NCBI GenBank assembly: GCA_048128005.1
Contig: JBEUKZ010000007.1
Coordinates: 124,001 to 188,000, forward strand
Length of the DNA stretch: 64,000 bases
Source of the DNA: Veleropilina oligotropha
Lineage: Eukaryota
Direction: 5' to 3'
Below are positions 50,831 through 64,000 of the stretch, in pieces. Made by a program: the position numbers and the translations under genes. The notes below the pieces were generated by a model. That model saw only the letters and a list, made by a program, of their open reading frames with translations, was not told the origin of the DNA and did not search any database. Numbering within the stretch: position 1 is the stretch's first letter; each line of letters starts with the position of its first letter.

Positions 50831-51323
50831 ACATCATCTACATATCAGATGGCGTTACACAAATGGTTGGATGATTGGATCGGTTGTAACATGCAATCAA
50901 ACGCCTTGTATTATGATACTAGGATATATCCAAATTAGGGAGGAGGGTAGGTATGGATAACCGGGAAGATTTCCCGTTTTATCATCCAATGTATTATGGT
51001 CGTATGTGAAAAGCTCGGCATAAGGGTAACTTAGAATATTCACCCCAGTAAATTCCCGAACTATGTTTCTCTGACCCACTCTTGTGGGACCAATCAATCA
51101 ATCAGTTTAGTTTTGCCAAATATTGGTTCAATTACATATAAATACTATATAATATAGAGATTAGATTAGGTGAAAGGATAAGTATATATAAAAGAGTATA
51201 TAGAAAAATTTACAAGTAACAAATAAAGTAATGTGATATAAGTATTATCTATTGATAGATATTAATATGATGGCAGGGAGACCAGTAAAGAAACCTCGAA
51301 AGGCTTGTAAAAACGACGGGCCA

Positions 51324-51467
<144 letters not shown>

Positions 51468-51599
51468 TTAGAGTTAAGAGGGAGAGGATTATATATTTAT
51501 ATATATATACATAATATACACGCAAACATATACGCAAATAAAAACATAATTAAATAATATCAAAAACACAATTACACGTGTATAGATCTGAATAAATAT

Positions 51600-54205
51600 A
51601 TGATGTCAATTTATCAGTTATACGGAAAAGTAGATAATGTAGAGAGAAGAGGAATTGAAAAAGTATAATACCAATTTTCTAAATTATATGTTCAGCCCAT
51701 GAGGTAATAGATAAATAATTAGTAATTAATAGTGTTTTTAGTGATTTCTGGAATATATGCATTGCACGAGAATTCTTTATAAAATTAGGTAATGCATTCC
51801 ATAGTTTGGGACCCGTAATTTTAATAGTAAATTTCCTGGTGTTTGTACGACAACTGTTTATATGGTAATCATTACTAGATCTAGTATTATGTTGATGAAT
51901 TTGATTATTTAATATAAAATAATTTTGAAAGCTTGTCGGTAGCAGATTTCGATGAAACGAAAACATGAGTTAGGCCTTTTGTATTTTATTTATATCATAT
52001 ATAGTCAGTAAACCCAGAGAATTAAAATTAATCTGTGTATGAGCACGGTAGTTGACACAGCTTATTATTCTAATAACTCGTTTCTGTATGCGGAAAAGAT
52101 TACATAATCGTGATGGATAAGTGATAGCCCAAACAGTGTTGCAGTATGATAAGTATGGCAATATTAAAGTACAATATAGTGTGCGTAATATTCTCAGAGG
52201 TATTTCAGCTCTAAGTCTATTTAATTATCCTGCGTGTTTTGAAATTTTACTAGTGATGTTTGATATGTGATTTAGCCAATCAAGATTTTCATCAATTTGT
52301 ACTCCTAGGAATTTGGTCGTTGATACGCACGTTATTATCTTATCATCAAGTTTGATATTAATGCTTTCCGTTATGTATTTGCTACATTTGTTGGAAAATA
52401 AGATGTAATTTGTTTTTTTTATGTTCAATGATAACTTATTGGCCTTAAATCAAGTAGAGAGATGACTTAGTTCAGAATTAATTGTGTCTGTTAGTGTTTC
52501 GATGTTTGCATGTGAATAAAAAATATTTGTGTCATCTGCAAATAGGATGTATTTTAATAGATCTGAAGAATTACACATATCATTTACGTAAATGAGGAAT
52601 AGGAGGGGTCCAAGTATTGATCCTTGTGGAACACCACATTTGATAGTTAGATTAGTAGATTTGCATTTGTCGTAGGTGACATATTGGTGTCTATTGGATA
52701 GGTAGCTCCTAAACCAATCAAGCTGCGTTCCTCGTATTCCATATTGTTGAAGCTTTTTTAACATTATGGAATGGTCAATGGTATCAAATGCTTTCGAGAG
52801 ATCTATGAAGATCCCGATTGTAAATTATTTCTTATCAGTGCTTAATGAAATTTGATCTATTAATTCTAGGAGTGCCATATATGTTGAGTGGTCAGATCTA
52901 AAGCCATATTGTTGTTTATACAAAATGTCATGTTTTCCAATGTATTTAATTAATCTATTATATACTAGTCTCTCTAGTATTTTTGAGAAGCAAGGTAATA
53001 CAGAGATTGGTCTATAATTAGAGTATAAATTGTTATCACCACTTTTAAATATTGGCTTTACCTTTGCTAGTTTATGTTGGTCAGGTACAATTCCGGTTAT
53101 AAGAGAAAGATTTAATATGTGAGACAAAGGTGCACTAATATTAGCCATTACTTGTTTTATAATGGACGATGATATATCGTCATGCCCGGTGCTTTTTCCA
53201 CTTTTTAGTCGCTTACCTAAATTTTCAATTTCAGATGCATCTGTCGGAAAAAAGTAAAACGAATCTGAGTAGTTTCCACGTAAGAATGTAGAAAATGATT
53301 GCGATATATTTGGGATCGTTGAAGCTAAATTGAGTCCAATATTGGTAAAATATTCATTAAATGTGCGAGTAATTTCTGCAGGATCAGTAATAGATTTATC
53401 ATTATGATTGAAAGTCTTGCATGGGTTGTCGGAAGTTTTACTTTTGTTGAGAATACGTTTAATTTCTCTCCATGTTTGTTTCAAATCGTTTAGCTAGTTC
53501 AAATCGTTCAGCATTATATTTAGGTTTTGAGATGCGGATTAAGTGAGTTAATTTGTTTTGTATGACAGGTATTTACCACGACTCGATTGCGTTCTTTTAT
53601 TTAAATAATCCCTATATAATTTGTGTTTGCGATTTGTAGATATCACTAGACTGTTTGTCATGTATGGCTTAAGAGGACTTGTTTTTCTGTTCGTTTTCAA
53701 TTTTTTTAGGGGTATGTCATTGTTATATAGGATATTGAATTGTTCTATAAATGCTTCATAAACTTCGTTTGTATTGGTGGTAGATAACAAGGTTTCCCAT
53801 CTCTCATTGGCAGGTGCGTTATTGAATTTTGCAATATTTTCCTTAGTTGTTTGTCGCTTATGATAATAAGGATCCGTTTTTATAGATCTGTTTAGCGATA
53901 ATTCTATTATTAGGAAAACAGGGAGGTGGTCAGATATATCAGCAATTAAGATGTCGCTTTGCAAATCAATATCAACCATATTTGTTAAAATCATGTCAAT
54001 TAGAGTAGCCGTGGTTTCTGTAATTCGTGTTGGCTTTGTAATAGTTGGATAGAGGGAATGAGATAACATGGAATTGATAAAATTATCTGTAAGAGAATGG
54101 TTGTTATAGTTAAGGATATTAATGTTGAAATCTCCAGAGATGATTACATTTTTGTTTTCCTTGTCAATTATAGTAAGCTGACTTGATATACTGTCAGTAA
54201 ACGTG
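51600..54205 (-). mobile_element. 5'-truncated L2/Crack-type LINE ORF2 (APE C-terminus + RT), inactivated
   Basis: SGDFNI, PTRIT..TATLID, ISDHLPV, NYRPISVLP, GVPQGSILGPLLFLIYVND, ILFADDTN, GPKLWN; several in-frame stops. Confidence 0.93.
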
Positions 54206-55259
54206 GATCAGAGCAGTTAGTACAGGTGAGCTGGGAGCAGCACTCTTATCTACTCCGTCACAGAGCAGCCTAGACAAGTGGAATATAAAAATGAACATGA
54301 CGTCTATCACAAATATTATATGCTGTTATACGCAATCTGCTATCAGTTCCATTTGTCTTCATATTAAGTGTGCACCAAGGGACCTTACATGCGCAACACA
54401 GCACTAAATGCCTCGCATCGGAAACACAGATAGCAAGAAGCATGTGACGCCAGCCACATAATGAATATGCATATTCCATTCTAAATCTGCATAGGCTTAA
54501 GCCAAAGAGCTAAACAATGACTGCAGGGTGTGAATTGTGTAGGGTTTTTCATAAGCGCAATATTGGCCGGGTCATCTTAACAAGCCACAATGAAATAACA
54601 AGCCACGTTGAATAATTATTTCGCTGTTTTTGTATCGATCGATGCTATTTTCCATTTTAACATCCGTCATAACCTTGCAATCGAGAGAGGAAAGCGCGGG
54701 AAAACCCACTCTGTGATTGTTATTTGAAACAAATTGCCCAGCCGCCGATTCAAACTCAATTAGACGAGTGAATTGGTAGTCACCTTTCTTATACACTACA
54801 ACACACAGTGGCCTATTGCTCTCTGTAATAATCTTGTTACACAATACACACCATGTGATTGGCTATTTGAACAATAGGCTTTTTTGTGTTAAATACCCAT
54901 TGTTCCAAATAACAACATAGATAATAGCTAACTCGGTTAGCTGGCCAGATTAAATTAAGTGATAAAGGATTGGCCAACTTGCCAATGAAAGAGCCTATTT
55001 CTTATAACACCCCATGAGCACGTTATGTTGGGAAATTGGATGTTTTAAGGGGTGACAGCTAGCAACTTATATAGATTACCGCTGTGTGTATAACATATAA
55101 TACAACTGTCATCCCTCGGAGATATTAACATAACAGCTTCGTTCTCGCTCGGCGTGTTATGTGTATATATCGCTCGGGCTGACAGTGTATTATCCATTAC
55201 ATATTCACACTCATTTGGGACTTTGTACTATTTAAATAGATTTAAATAGAATTTGTTTG

Positions 55260-55990
55260 GGTTTAGGAAGTGCATTACTGCCACTCATATTAAAACCCAT
55301 TGTCGTTTCTGGTCATCTATAGCCTGCCCTGTTTCTTAAAATACTCATCTATGCGGTTTTTAAATTGGTTTACAGATGTTGATTCTACTACATTACTAGG
55401 AAGACTGTTCCATTCATCGACAACCCGATTTGAGAAAAAGTGTTTTCTAACGTCTAGTCGGTATCTTTTTTTGTAAACTTTGTATTGATGGCCCCTGGTA
55501 GGTCTTTGGTTCATCTGAAAAAGGAAAGTACTGTCAACATTGTCAATTCCTGTAAACATTTTACATACCTGAATCATATCCCCCCGTGTCCTTCTCAAAG
55601 ACAATGTTGTGAGGTTAAGTGCTCTTAGTCTATCCTCATAAGGTAATTATCTCAATTCGCCTATCAATTTTGCGGCTCTTCTTTGAACTTGTTCAAGAAT
55701 TTTGATATCCTTTGCAAGATATGGGCTCCATGCTTGCACTGCATATTCTAAATGCGGTCTAACCATTTGCTTGTATAAGCGTGTTATGATGACTCTGGAT
55801 TTAAAATTAAAGTTTCTCTTTATCATTCCCAATATTTGATTACCCTTTTTAGCTGATTCTGCACATTGATTTGATGGTTTAAACGTCTTGTCTACCCATA
55901 CACCCAAATCTTTCTCTTTTGTTACTACTTCTAAGGTATCTGAACCCATTTTATAATTGAAAGTTTTCATGGCAGAATTCTTTCCTAGAC
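55260..55990 (-). mobile_element. CR1 LINE 3' fragment
   Basis: EKDLGVWVD...LYKQMVRPHLEYAVQAWSPY...RRTRGDMI...TRGH...FFSNRVVDEWNSLP. Confidence 0.9.
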
Positions 55991-56060
55991 AATGTTCGCT
56001 TTAACAATGTTAACGCTGCCTGTCTTATTTTGCATTCTGCAGATAAGAGGCCGACTAATA

Positions 56061-56097
56061 GATAAGGCTGGACTTGCACAATATGGTGGATTCCCAC
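56061..56097 (+). promoter_or_regulatory. Putative GATA + CSL-like module of gene D
   Basis: GATAAGGCTGGA 101 nt upstream of ATG, second AGATAAG at 56041, TTCCCAC at 56091-56097. Confidence 0.45.
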
Positions 56098-56161
56098 CGA
56101 TACGGTATATTGTATTGTAATAGTCGCCTGCCATTCTCAAAACTATTTCACGGGCAGAGGC

Positions 56162-59100
56162 ATGTTTTTGATACTAGTTCTTCTGTTTGTGTCACTGGCA
56201 GCCGGGCAGACGCAGCCGGCAAAGAAGCCGTGCTGCTACCCGGACAGTTGGCAAGCAACGGTCGTAGACATCGGGACAGAGTTCGATTTGGAGGAAGTCG
56301 ATGGAGAACTGGAAGAATTTACGGTGGGTAGGCCGAAACCGAAAATTCGCGTTAGTGCACTCAGTATTATTCACATTGTGTCAATTTGATGTTAGTTATC
56401 ACATGTGTAAAGCATTATAAAAAATATAATATCCAGCCAAAACACACATTGGATAATTTTGGGCACCGCCTTATCGTATATCTGAAGCATTTAACGCCTG
56501 TTCTTGGTGTGCGGTAGGATGGCTCCAATGTGCTGTCTGCTAAAGCATCTGAATGAAAATCATCGAATACTTAGTGTATGCTATACAGATGATGGTTACA
56601 CACCAACACCTAACATTAAAGTATATATAATAACCGTAGAAGGATTACTTAGGAACCGCTACCGGCTACAGGTGTAATGTTAATACCGGTACATAACCTA
56701 CCGAATGTGGCAAGGATAGCAATTCGGACATATGTAATAAGCAGAAATGATACCTTCGAACGAACCCTAAACCCTTTCACTGCAGGATGAGTGACGACTT
56801 TAAACTGCATATAATGTAACCATTATATTATGTTATCCGATTGAAGAGAGATTTCTGCACATAATATACCACGCATCTTCAGGATCTAAGCCCATATTTC
56901 AGAGATATTTATATAAACTTTTCATTAGACATCTGTTGCGTGAATGTGTGTACATTAATGTAAACTTATTACTGTATGGATGTATAATAAATATTTAATA
57001 TTAATTATATCCGCGTATGCTATTTCAGAATTTTGGGTTGTTGCTGTATGATTGGCCGCATCAAAGAGTTATGAGGCAATTTCACCAGCCTCGTACACGA
57101 TATCGTGCCACTATTTATACGGATTTCGCAAAGGTAAGTTAATTGCAATATGCATATTGATCTAATGCAAATGCGCACCAGGGGCAATGTGTTAGGCGAA
57201 AATGGTCTCGAAAACGAAAGATCTATAAACTGGCCATTCCCATTGTTTATACCATCGACGCAAACCGAAATGCGCCGTACTATTAGAGGATCTATAGTTG
57301 AAGCAGAATAAATAATATAAAAAGTCTACGCTTATTCGATAACGATGTAAGCTGCGGTTTCAAGATGTACTGGTGATTTCACAAATCAGGCATGACAAAA
57401 AATCAATGGCGTTCAAAACTTATTATTAATTTTGCTGTGATTAAACTGACGTTGTAAGCGGAGCAACTAAAAATCTGGAGCCACAGGAGCCCTTATAGTC
57501 GAGGGCAAGCCTTGCCTTGTCAATCTATTTCACTCATATATATCTGCTTAACGTCGATGGCATTGTCAATAGCATATTATTTCAGAAAAATGCAAATGAT
57601 GAATGCCTAAGTCTGAGTAAAATTGTTTCTTATCAAAGACGGCATGTACCGATACATACGGGGAAATTGTTTATTGTTCTATCGAATCAGAGCTATTCAG
57701 ACATAAACGTTGATGACAGTAGTACTTCTGACAGATACAGCATAATCGCTGGGTATCGATAAATACGAACCATCAAATTGCCGAAAACCTAATATAACTG
57801 CTTACATTCATCATTATCCTAACACAAATATACAGATCACACCATTTCCAGTGGGCCTAGGGCATTGGATCTTTTCTCTTAACTCTTCCAGGGAAAACGC
57901 TACAAGCATACGTACGGCGGTGGGTGCTCTGAGTGTGTCACGACAGATATTACATTCAACATGACGCATTGCATTCCGGGTAAGGCTTGTACACGGGAGA
58001 AATACTTGGTAACGACGAGATAATTATATGCCGTCGTGGTTTATTGGTATAACACTGAACTCCGGATGGTTAGGTTCGATGTTCGACTCCCGTCGCGGCT
58101 AATTCATTTGGGTATGGGAACATGGTATGTAGAGGCATAACGCGTCAGTATGTTAACTGCAATGACACAAGGACGAGTTGAGTTCGTAACTCGAGTCACG
58201 CAGGCCTATAACCTGATATTAAATTGTGATACGGCGCATTCAGTGCTAGGGGCTACGCTCCTACAACACCACGGCGGGGCGGCCATTTAAAAAAGACGTG
58301 TAGTTCGTCTGTAACTATATATCGGTCTACGCTTGTCTGACCATGAAATACTAGTATATTTTATGTGCGCGAGATGTGTGATTTAATTCCGTCGCTGTGA
58401 CATAACTTTATACGCGATGGGTGTTCCTGTATGCAGTTGATGTCATTATGTCATTATGTGTCATGTATACGTCAGTATATGCGTTGGTTAGTTCATGATA
58501 TCATGTAGATATGTCATTATATGGGGTACCTGTATTGTTACTGTAACGACACTACTTATGATGAATTCATGAACTGTTATCTTGCGGCTATCGTTGTAGC
58601 TAACGCAACCTTCCTGGGATCTGTGTATTTTGGATATGGTGATAACCGCCTAGAGCTTGACGAATGGCATTTTCAACGACAAGGTTCCGATTACAGACAA
58701 TTTGTGACAATTAAAGAGTGCTACCCGGTCGCAGATGAGCTATTCAAAGAAGACGCCGGTGGTAAGCTTCTAACATTGGACCACTGTGACTGGTGATTTA
58801 TTCTGAATATGCAAATACATCTAACAAGGGCCGCTTCGGCATCGCAGTGGGTAGAGTGTCCACTCTAAATTCACTGGCTTGATTCCGCTAATGCGAACAG
58901 TATTGGGTTCAATACATGGCTGAGGCATTGACATTTGTTCAAGTTATGAATCACAGTTGTCCGTGACTGGCCGAAGAGGGCGGGTTTACCCGGGCGACCG
59001 GGGTTTCCTCCCGCGATAACACGGACATCAGGGGCGGATCCAGAGAGGGGGGTGCGGGGGTGTACACCCCCCACCCCACCCCCAATGGGAGTGCCCTTTT

Positions 59101-62017
59101 CATAGAGTTGATATTTTTTTGTATAATCACTTAATAATCATATTTACTATACAAATGTTGCTTTAATTATACTGAGTTCTTAATTACAATCAGACCACTA
59201 CTATAGCTGCGCATATTCTGATAGTTTTGTGAGTAGTATTAAACTTAAAACTAACATGTATTCATGATCTCAGTAGTCGTTGACCTTCCTACACCTTCGT
59301 CACTGAAATGTGAACTCAAAGACTGGGCCAAACACTGGCTATCAAAGCAACCCAGTGATCTACCATCGAATATGTTGAGTTGTTATCTTGCTGCTGATGT
59401 TGATCAATACCCGAACATCAAAGTTCTTCTACATATTGGATGTACGCTGCCGGTTGGAAGTGCGAAAGCTGAGAGATCATTTTCCTGTTTCAGACGTTTA
59501 AAAACGTACTTAAGAAGTTCAATGGGCAAGCATCATTCCTCCCTCCCACATCTAACAAGTTGACGTTGTTATAGTACTTTCATTATGAAAGAATTAACCT
59601 AATACATATATCCTGAACACCACTAGGCCTATCTAGTTTAAAAGTAGATACAAATATGCGAAGAGTGTAATAAATTCGTTATGCTGGCTTTTTGACAGGG
59701 TGTGCGAGATTTTACCACCCTCCAATATTCCGGAATACTGAAATTTGGAGGTTGGTAAAATCCCGTACATCCTGTCAAAACTCTGTATAACTAATAATAT
59801 CATATGAGTATATATAGCATACGATTATAATATATGAGTACAACATCATTTAGGTCGTTGATGTGTCCTTACATAGATCATATGGAAAGCTGAAGAAGTT
59901 GGACATTGACATTAAACAGACACCAGCATCCCATACATGACATCGATCTTGTTGTTGTTGGGTTGCTTTTTATCGAGGTCTTTCACGTTTTCCGTGATTT
60001 CGACCTCTTTAAGGCAACGATCATGTTCTATAATTTGCTATCCATTCATGGTAACACCCAACCGGTGTGAGTAATATTAGGCGCTTGATCCAGATCACAT
60101 TATAACCATGACATAAATCTACAACAGGTACAGTTCTTTTATCGTGAGAAAATGTTGATTTGTCGTCTTCACTATTGATTGGCATGAGATTATCTAATAT
60201 GATTCTCAGCAATATATTATATACCTGTCTCATTTATGTAGATGATGACAATGATGCGAAGAATATGTTTTTTTAAATACTTTTCTATTCCTGATTTCAG
60301 ATACTAATGAGGAGGCACGATGGATCTATGACATAAAGCCAATTCAGGATGCACAACTGTTGTCGATACCGGATTTATGCATAAATAATAACCGGGTACG
60401 TATTGAGTTTACCTTTTGCGAAACGTCACGTCATTTGCTACCGGGTGCTACGTACATACCGCGGCAATCGGTGTAGTAGGTACATTATGGTTATCTTACT
60501 TTGTCAAGCGTCTGTCCAGTAGAAATCACCTGGTGCCGAGTCAATTCCAGCCGAAATCTATGCCTCTGGTGGCTCACAATTGATCAATAGACTCACGGAG
60601 CTGTTTCAATCCATGTCGACCCAAGAGAAACTTTCGCAGAAATTCAATGTTGCTTCTATCGTCCACCTGTTTACGAGAAAAGGAAACCAGCAAGCATGTG
60701 ACAATCACCGCGGCATCTCACTGCTCTTCATTACAGGGAAGATTCTGGCCAGGATTTTTCTGAACCGTATGAATCAACACCAGGAGCAAAATCTGCTTCA
60801 AAAGAGTCAATGTGGATTCAGGCCGAGCCACAGTACAGCGGATATGATCTTTGCTGCGCGCTAACTACAAGAGAAATGTCAGGAGCAGAACATCGAACTC
60901 TATACCACTTTTGTAGATCTGACCAAGGCCTTCGACACTGTCTGTCGTGAGGGACTCTGGAATATCATGGCCAAATTCGACTGGCAAAGTTCATCTCACT
61001 GGTCTGGCAATTTCACGACGGCATGCTATCGTGCAGGACGGTGGAGAAAATTCAGAGTTATTCCCTGTAACAAATGGCATCAAACAGTGCTGCATACTTG
61101 CCCCACACTATTCGGTATGATGTTTTCGGCTATGTTGACAGACGCTTTTCGTGATGGCAACATCGGATTCAGTATCAGGTACCGGACAGACGGAAAGCTC
61201 TTTAACGTACCGAGGCTGCAGGCGAAAACCAAACCCCAGGAAGCCGCTGAACTCATTTCATAGGAGGTGCAAGTCAAATGAAAGGACAAAGTTCCAGATA
61301 CAAAGATACTCCAGAGGGCAATGGTCAAGCGTTCTCAACTCTGGTGGGCAAGTCACGTGCGCCGCATGTCCGACAAACCTCCCGGAGAAAATATTTTACA
61401 ACGAGCTAAAGGACGGCAAGCGCTCTCATGGGGACAAAGGAAGCGGTACAATGACACATTCAAAGTTACCCTGAAGTGTTGTAGCATCGATCCAAACTCT
61501 TGGGAATAATCTGCACAGGACTGCACCGCCCGGTGCACCCTGATCAAGTCTGGACTGACGAACTACGAATCAAGGCGCGTGGTAGAGCCGAAGAACAAAC
61601 GTCAACAGCGAAAAAGCAGGGCGAGTACCACTCCTCAGCAGGCTCACCATCGACAATTAATTGCATGCCCTCATTGCAAAACACAGTTCAGAGCGCGGAT
61701 TGGACTTACCAGCCATCTTCGCATACACAACCCCAATGATATAAGAAATCTTGGTCGTCTTCGGCAGCGAAGGACGTACATCATCATGTTGTGTAGTTAT
61801 CTGCCCCTGAAATCTTTATTTTATATTTTTCGTATGCACAACAGTGTAAAGCTCGCACTGCGTGCTCGCTATTAATATATTGTGCGTTGCTCTGTCACTT
61901 ATAAACCGTTATTTAGAGGAAGACTACGTAACTAACAATTTAAAAAATTTCTTTCAGGGTGGCGGCAATCGCGGCAAACGTTGTACCACTTCGACATTCA
62001 TATCTCACCTCGTTTAA
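56162..62017 (+). CDS. epdr: EPDR gene D: secreted ependymin-related protein (223 aa, 6 coding exons)
   Basis: Exons 56162-56323 (MFLILVLLFVSLAAGQ...KKPCCYPDSWQA), 57029-57133 (NFGLLLYDWPHQRV...), 57892-57979 (GKRYKHTYGGGCSEC...THCIP), 58600-58761 (NATFLGSVYFG...KECYPVA), 60301-60395 (EEARWIYDIKPIQDAQLLSIPDLC), 61958-62017 (GGGNRGKRCTTSTFISHLV*). 672 nt open frame; AATAAA at 62079-62084. Confidence 0.92.
58030..58295 (+). mobile_element. tRNA-derived SINE, family C
   Basis: Head gccgtcgtggtttattgg...gttcgactcccgtcgcggc, non-tRNA body, A-rich end. Confidence 0.55.
58828..59028 (+). mobile_element. SINE family A copy truncated by a hAT insertion
   Basis: Matches 38579-38779 in reverse complement; stops abruptly at the TIR at 59029. 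Confidence 0.85.
59029..59570 (+). mobile_element. hAT transposon remnant (TIR + C-terminal dimerisation domain)
   Basis: TIR CAGGGGCGGATCCAG; ORF YPNIKVLLHIGCTLPVGSAKAERSFSCFRRLKTYLRSSMG (hATC motif). Confidence 0.85.
60520..61790 (+). mobile_element. Internally deleted RTE LINE in intron 5 of gene D
   Basis: DNHRGISLL...QCGFR..HSTADMIFAAR*LQEKC..., FVDLTKAFD, C-terminal C2H2 CPHCKTQFRARIGLTSHLRIH. Confidence 0.9.
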
Positions 62018-62319
62018 GAAAGACACATCAATCAGCAACGTTGCTTGTCGCGTCTATCACTGTGGGATTATTAATGGCAATAAAATATTGGAAATGTTTT
62101 TTATGTGATGTAGTTAATGACACGTGGTATTGTGTGATATTATTTTCATTTAAGTTCTCGATTTACACATTCGTATAATGTATACTCACTAAATGTATGT
62201 CAGACATGACGCAGAAGACAGAAACAGTCAAATTATACAATTTCGTTGTTTATTCTGAAGGAGATTACTTTGTCACACTTCGAAGTTTTAAAACACATTT
62301 TCACAATCAAATAGATTGA

Positions 62320-62545
62320 TTTGGATCGATAAATGGCCTGATTTTAATAACCTTCAGGTTCACACCCGTGGGAGGAAATTCCTCTCGCCCGAGAAAACCC
62401 GTCCTCTCCGGTCAATTATGGACACCTATCATTGGTGACAGAACCAAGAACGCCATTGCCGGTGATCGAACCCACTCTTGCTAGGCTGAACATTCAAGCC
62501 AGTAATTTCAGAGTCCACATTCACATTCACTCGGCTATCGAAGCG
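62320..62545 (-). mobile_element. SINE family A copy
   Basis: gggaggaaattcctctcgcccgagaaaacccgtcctctccggtc...gatcgaacccac...atcgaagcg. Confidence 0.75.
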
Positions 62546-64000
62546 TTCACAATGTAATAGACAATTTAACAACAAAATTGTTTAGAATAAAATTTGACGC
62601 CAAATACAGACAATTTTATCCATGTCACGTGATGTCCAAATTTTACTCTTAGCTCGATAAGGTAGGCTACATAGAAATCATACTACATTGACTGAAAAGT
62701 GGAATGCGTCGCGTACAGGTCACGCGTTCGATACTTTGTCCGGATATGACCATACGAATTTCCAGATATAACCCTTTTAGAACGTGTACGGGCTTTCGCA
62801 TATGATAACAATGTGATTAATATCAACTTCTCCAACGGTTGTCTACCAAATTTTGTACGTAAACTCTAGACGTGATCGTCTGTTGATGATGGCAGTTTGC
62901 CTGAAATTAATTATTCGACGCGCATATGAACTTCGAGCGTTTTCCAAAAATATAGATAATATAATTATAGGTCTATACATTATTATTTCGCGCTATTTCA
63001 AGTTCTCATCTAAAACACGACTCAGTCATGTGTGACAGGCTCATTGGTATTATTGTTTTACGGCCATCTTTGATAATTTATAAGTGTCATCGCAGACGGT
63101 ACCCCGATTTAATGTCTTTATCCTATCTAGCCCCAACCAGTCAACAGTTGCGACAGTCGAACACTGAAAAGGGTGGTGTTATTGAGTCGAGCCTCAGTTA
63201 TTTCTGAGACGTCTAAGTGAACATGGAACCTTCACCGGTTTGGATGCTATGATGCTGTCAAGTTGCACTTAATCATATGCACACGTGTACTTTTCATACA
63301 CAACATTTATCACGGTTGCAGATGCATGTAATACGGCGGGTATGATTCTATCTCCGCAACTGGAGTATGAAAGGTCAAATTCGGCCGGAGACCGATGTCG
63401 TAAATTCTGTTGGGGACCGATGTCGTAAATACATCGCGTTGGAATGTTTCATTTACATGCAGCATACTTATCATTTCTCTTCACATCGTTATTAAAACTA
63501 AGTATCACCTCGAATTAATTTGGGAACAATTATTACCATCGACTTACGTTTGTCTGTAGGCCTATATTAGTAGCCTATATATATATGTCAATTCGCATTA
63601 GGCCTACTAAAAAATATTAATCCGATTTTAAATTTAGTCAAATCTAATTAAAATTATGTAAATTCGTATTGCAATTTGCTGTCTAAATGATATTATAACA
63701 TAATTCAGCTAAAAAAGGTGAAATATCAACATTATAAGCCTTTTAAGAATCAATTAAATCAAACTGCAACAAATAGCTATAACTCTGTAACCACTGAGAG
63801 TAGACATCTCATATTTTGACGTGACAGAGGGAGGGTGGCATTGTCTACAACTTCTTAACAGGCATTGTGTGTGCTAGAGCGAATTTGTGGACCTCTTTGT
63901 GCTCCGAAATTAAAATCGTCGAAAGGGTACGATAGTTGTAATATATCAGATAATCCGTCAACTTGGAAGAAATTTGCTAAAATCTCACAATTATGCCGTA

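Noticed and set aside
51600..54205. Active LINE
   Set aside because: Multiple in-frame stops and 5' truncation within the endonuclease domain.

Overview
AT-rich animal (invertebrate-type) genomic DNA with spliceosomal genes and dense repeats; it is not prokaryotic, and the species cannot be determined from the sequence. By hand-splicing at GT/AG sites I reconstruct a cluster of four secreted ependymin-related (EPDR) genes. One is a 10-exon, two-domain EPDR on the minus strand (26934->11637, ~395 aa). It lies head-to-head with three 6-exon single-domain paralogs on the plus strand (27893-40875, 42499-46561, 56162-62017). All five domains share intron positions and phases. The three plus-strand paralogs carry an extra cysteine pair plus a terminal micro-exon with a furin-type R-x-[RK]-R site directly followed by Cys, Gly-terminated in two. 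This suggests a processed, disulfide-tethered tail peptide (inference). A ~2.9 kb satellite in gene B consists of ~75 copies of the gene's own exon-3 end and 5' splice site. The rest is transposon debris: LINEs (RTE, CR1/L2, I-group), tRNA-derived SINEs, Academ-like, hAT and Crypton-like remnants, a Penelope-type hammerhead motif, a ~5 kb foldback, and a family of long hairpins with strand-specific CGAG/CGAG mismatches. Family assignments come from motif recognition only; no database searches were run.
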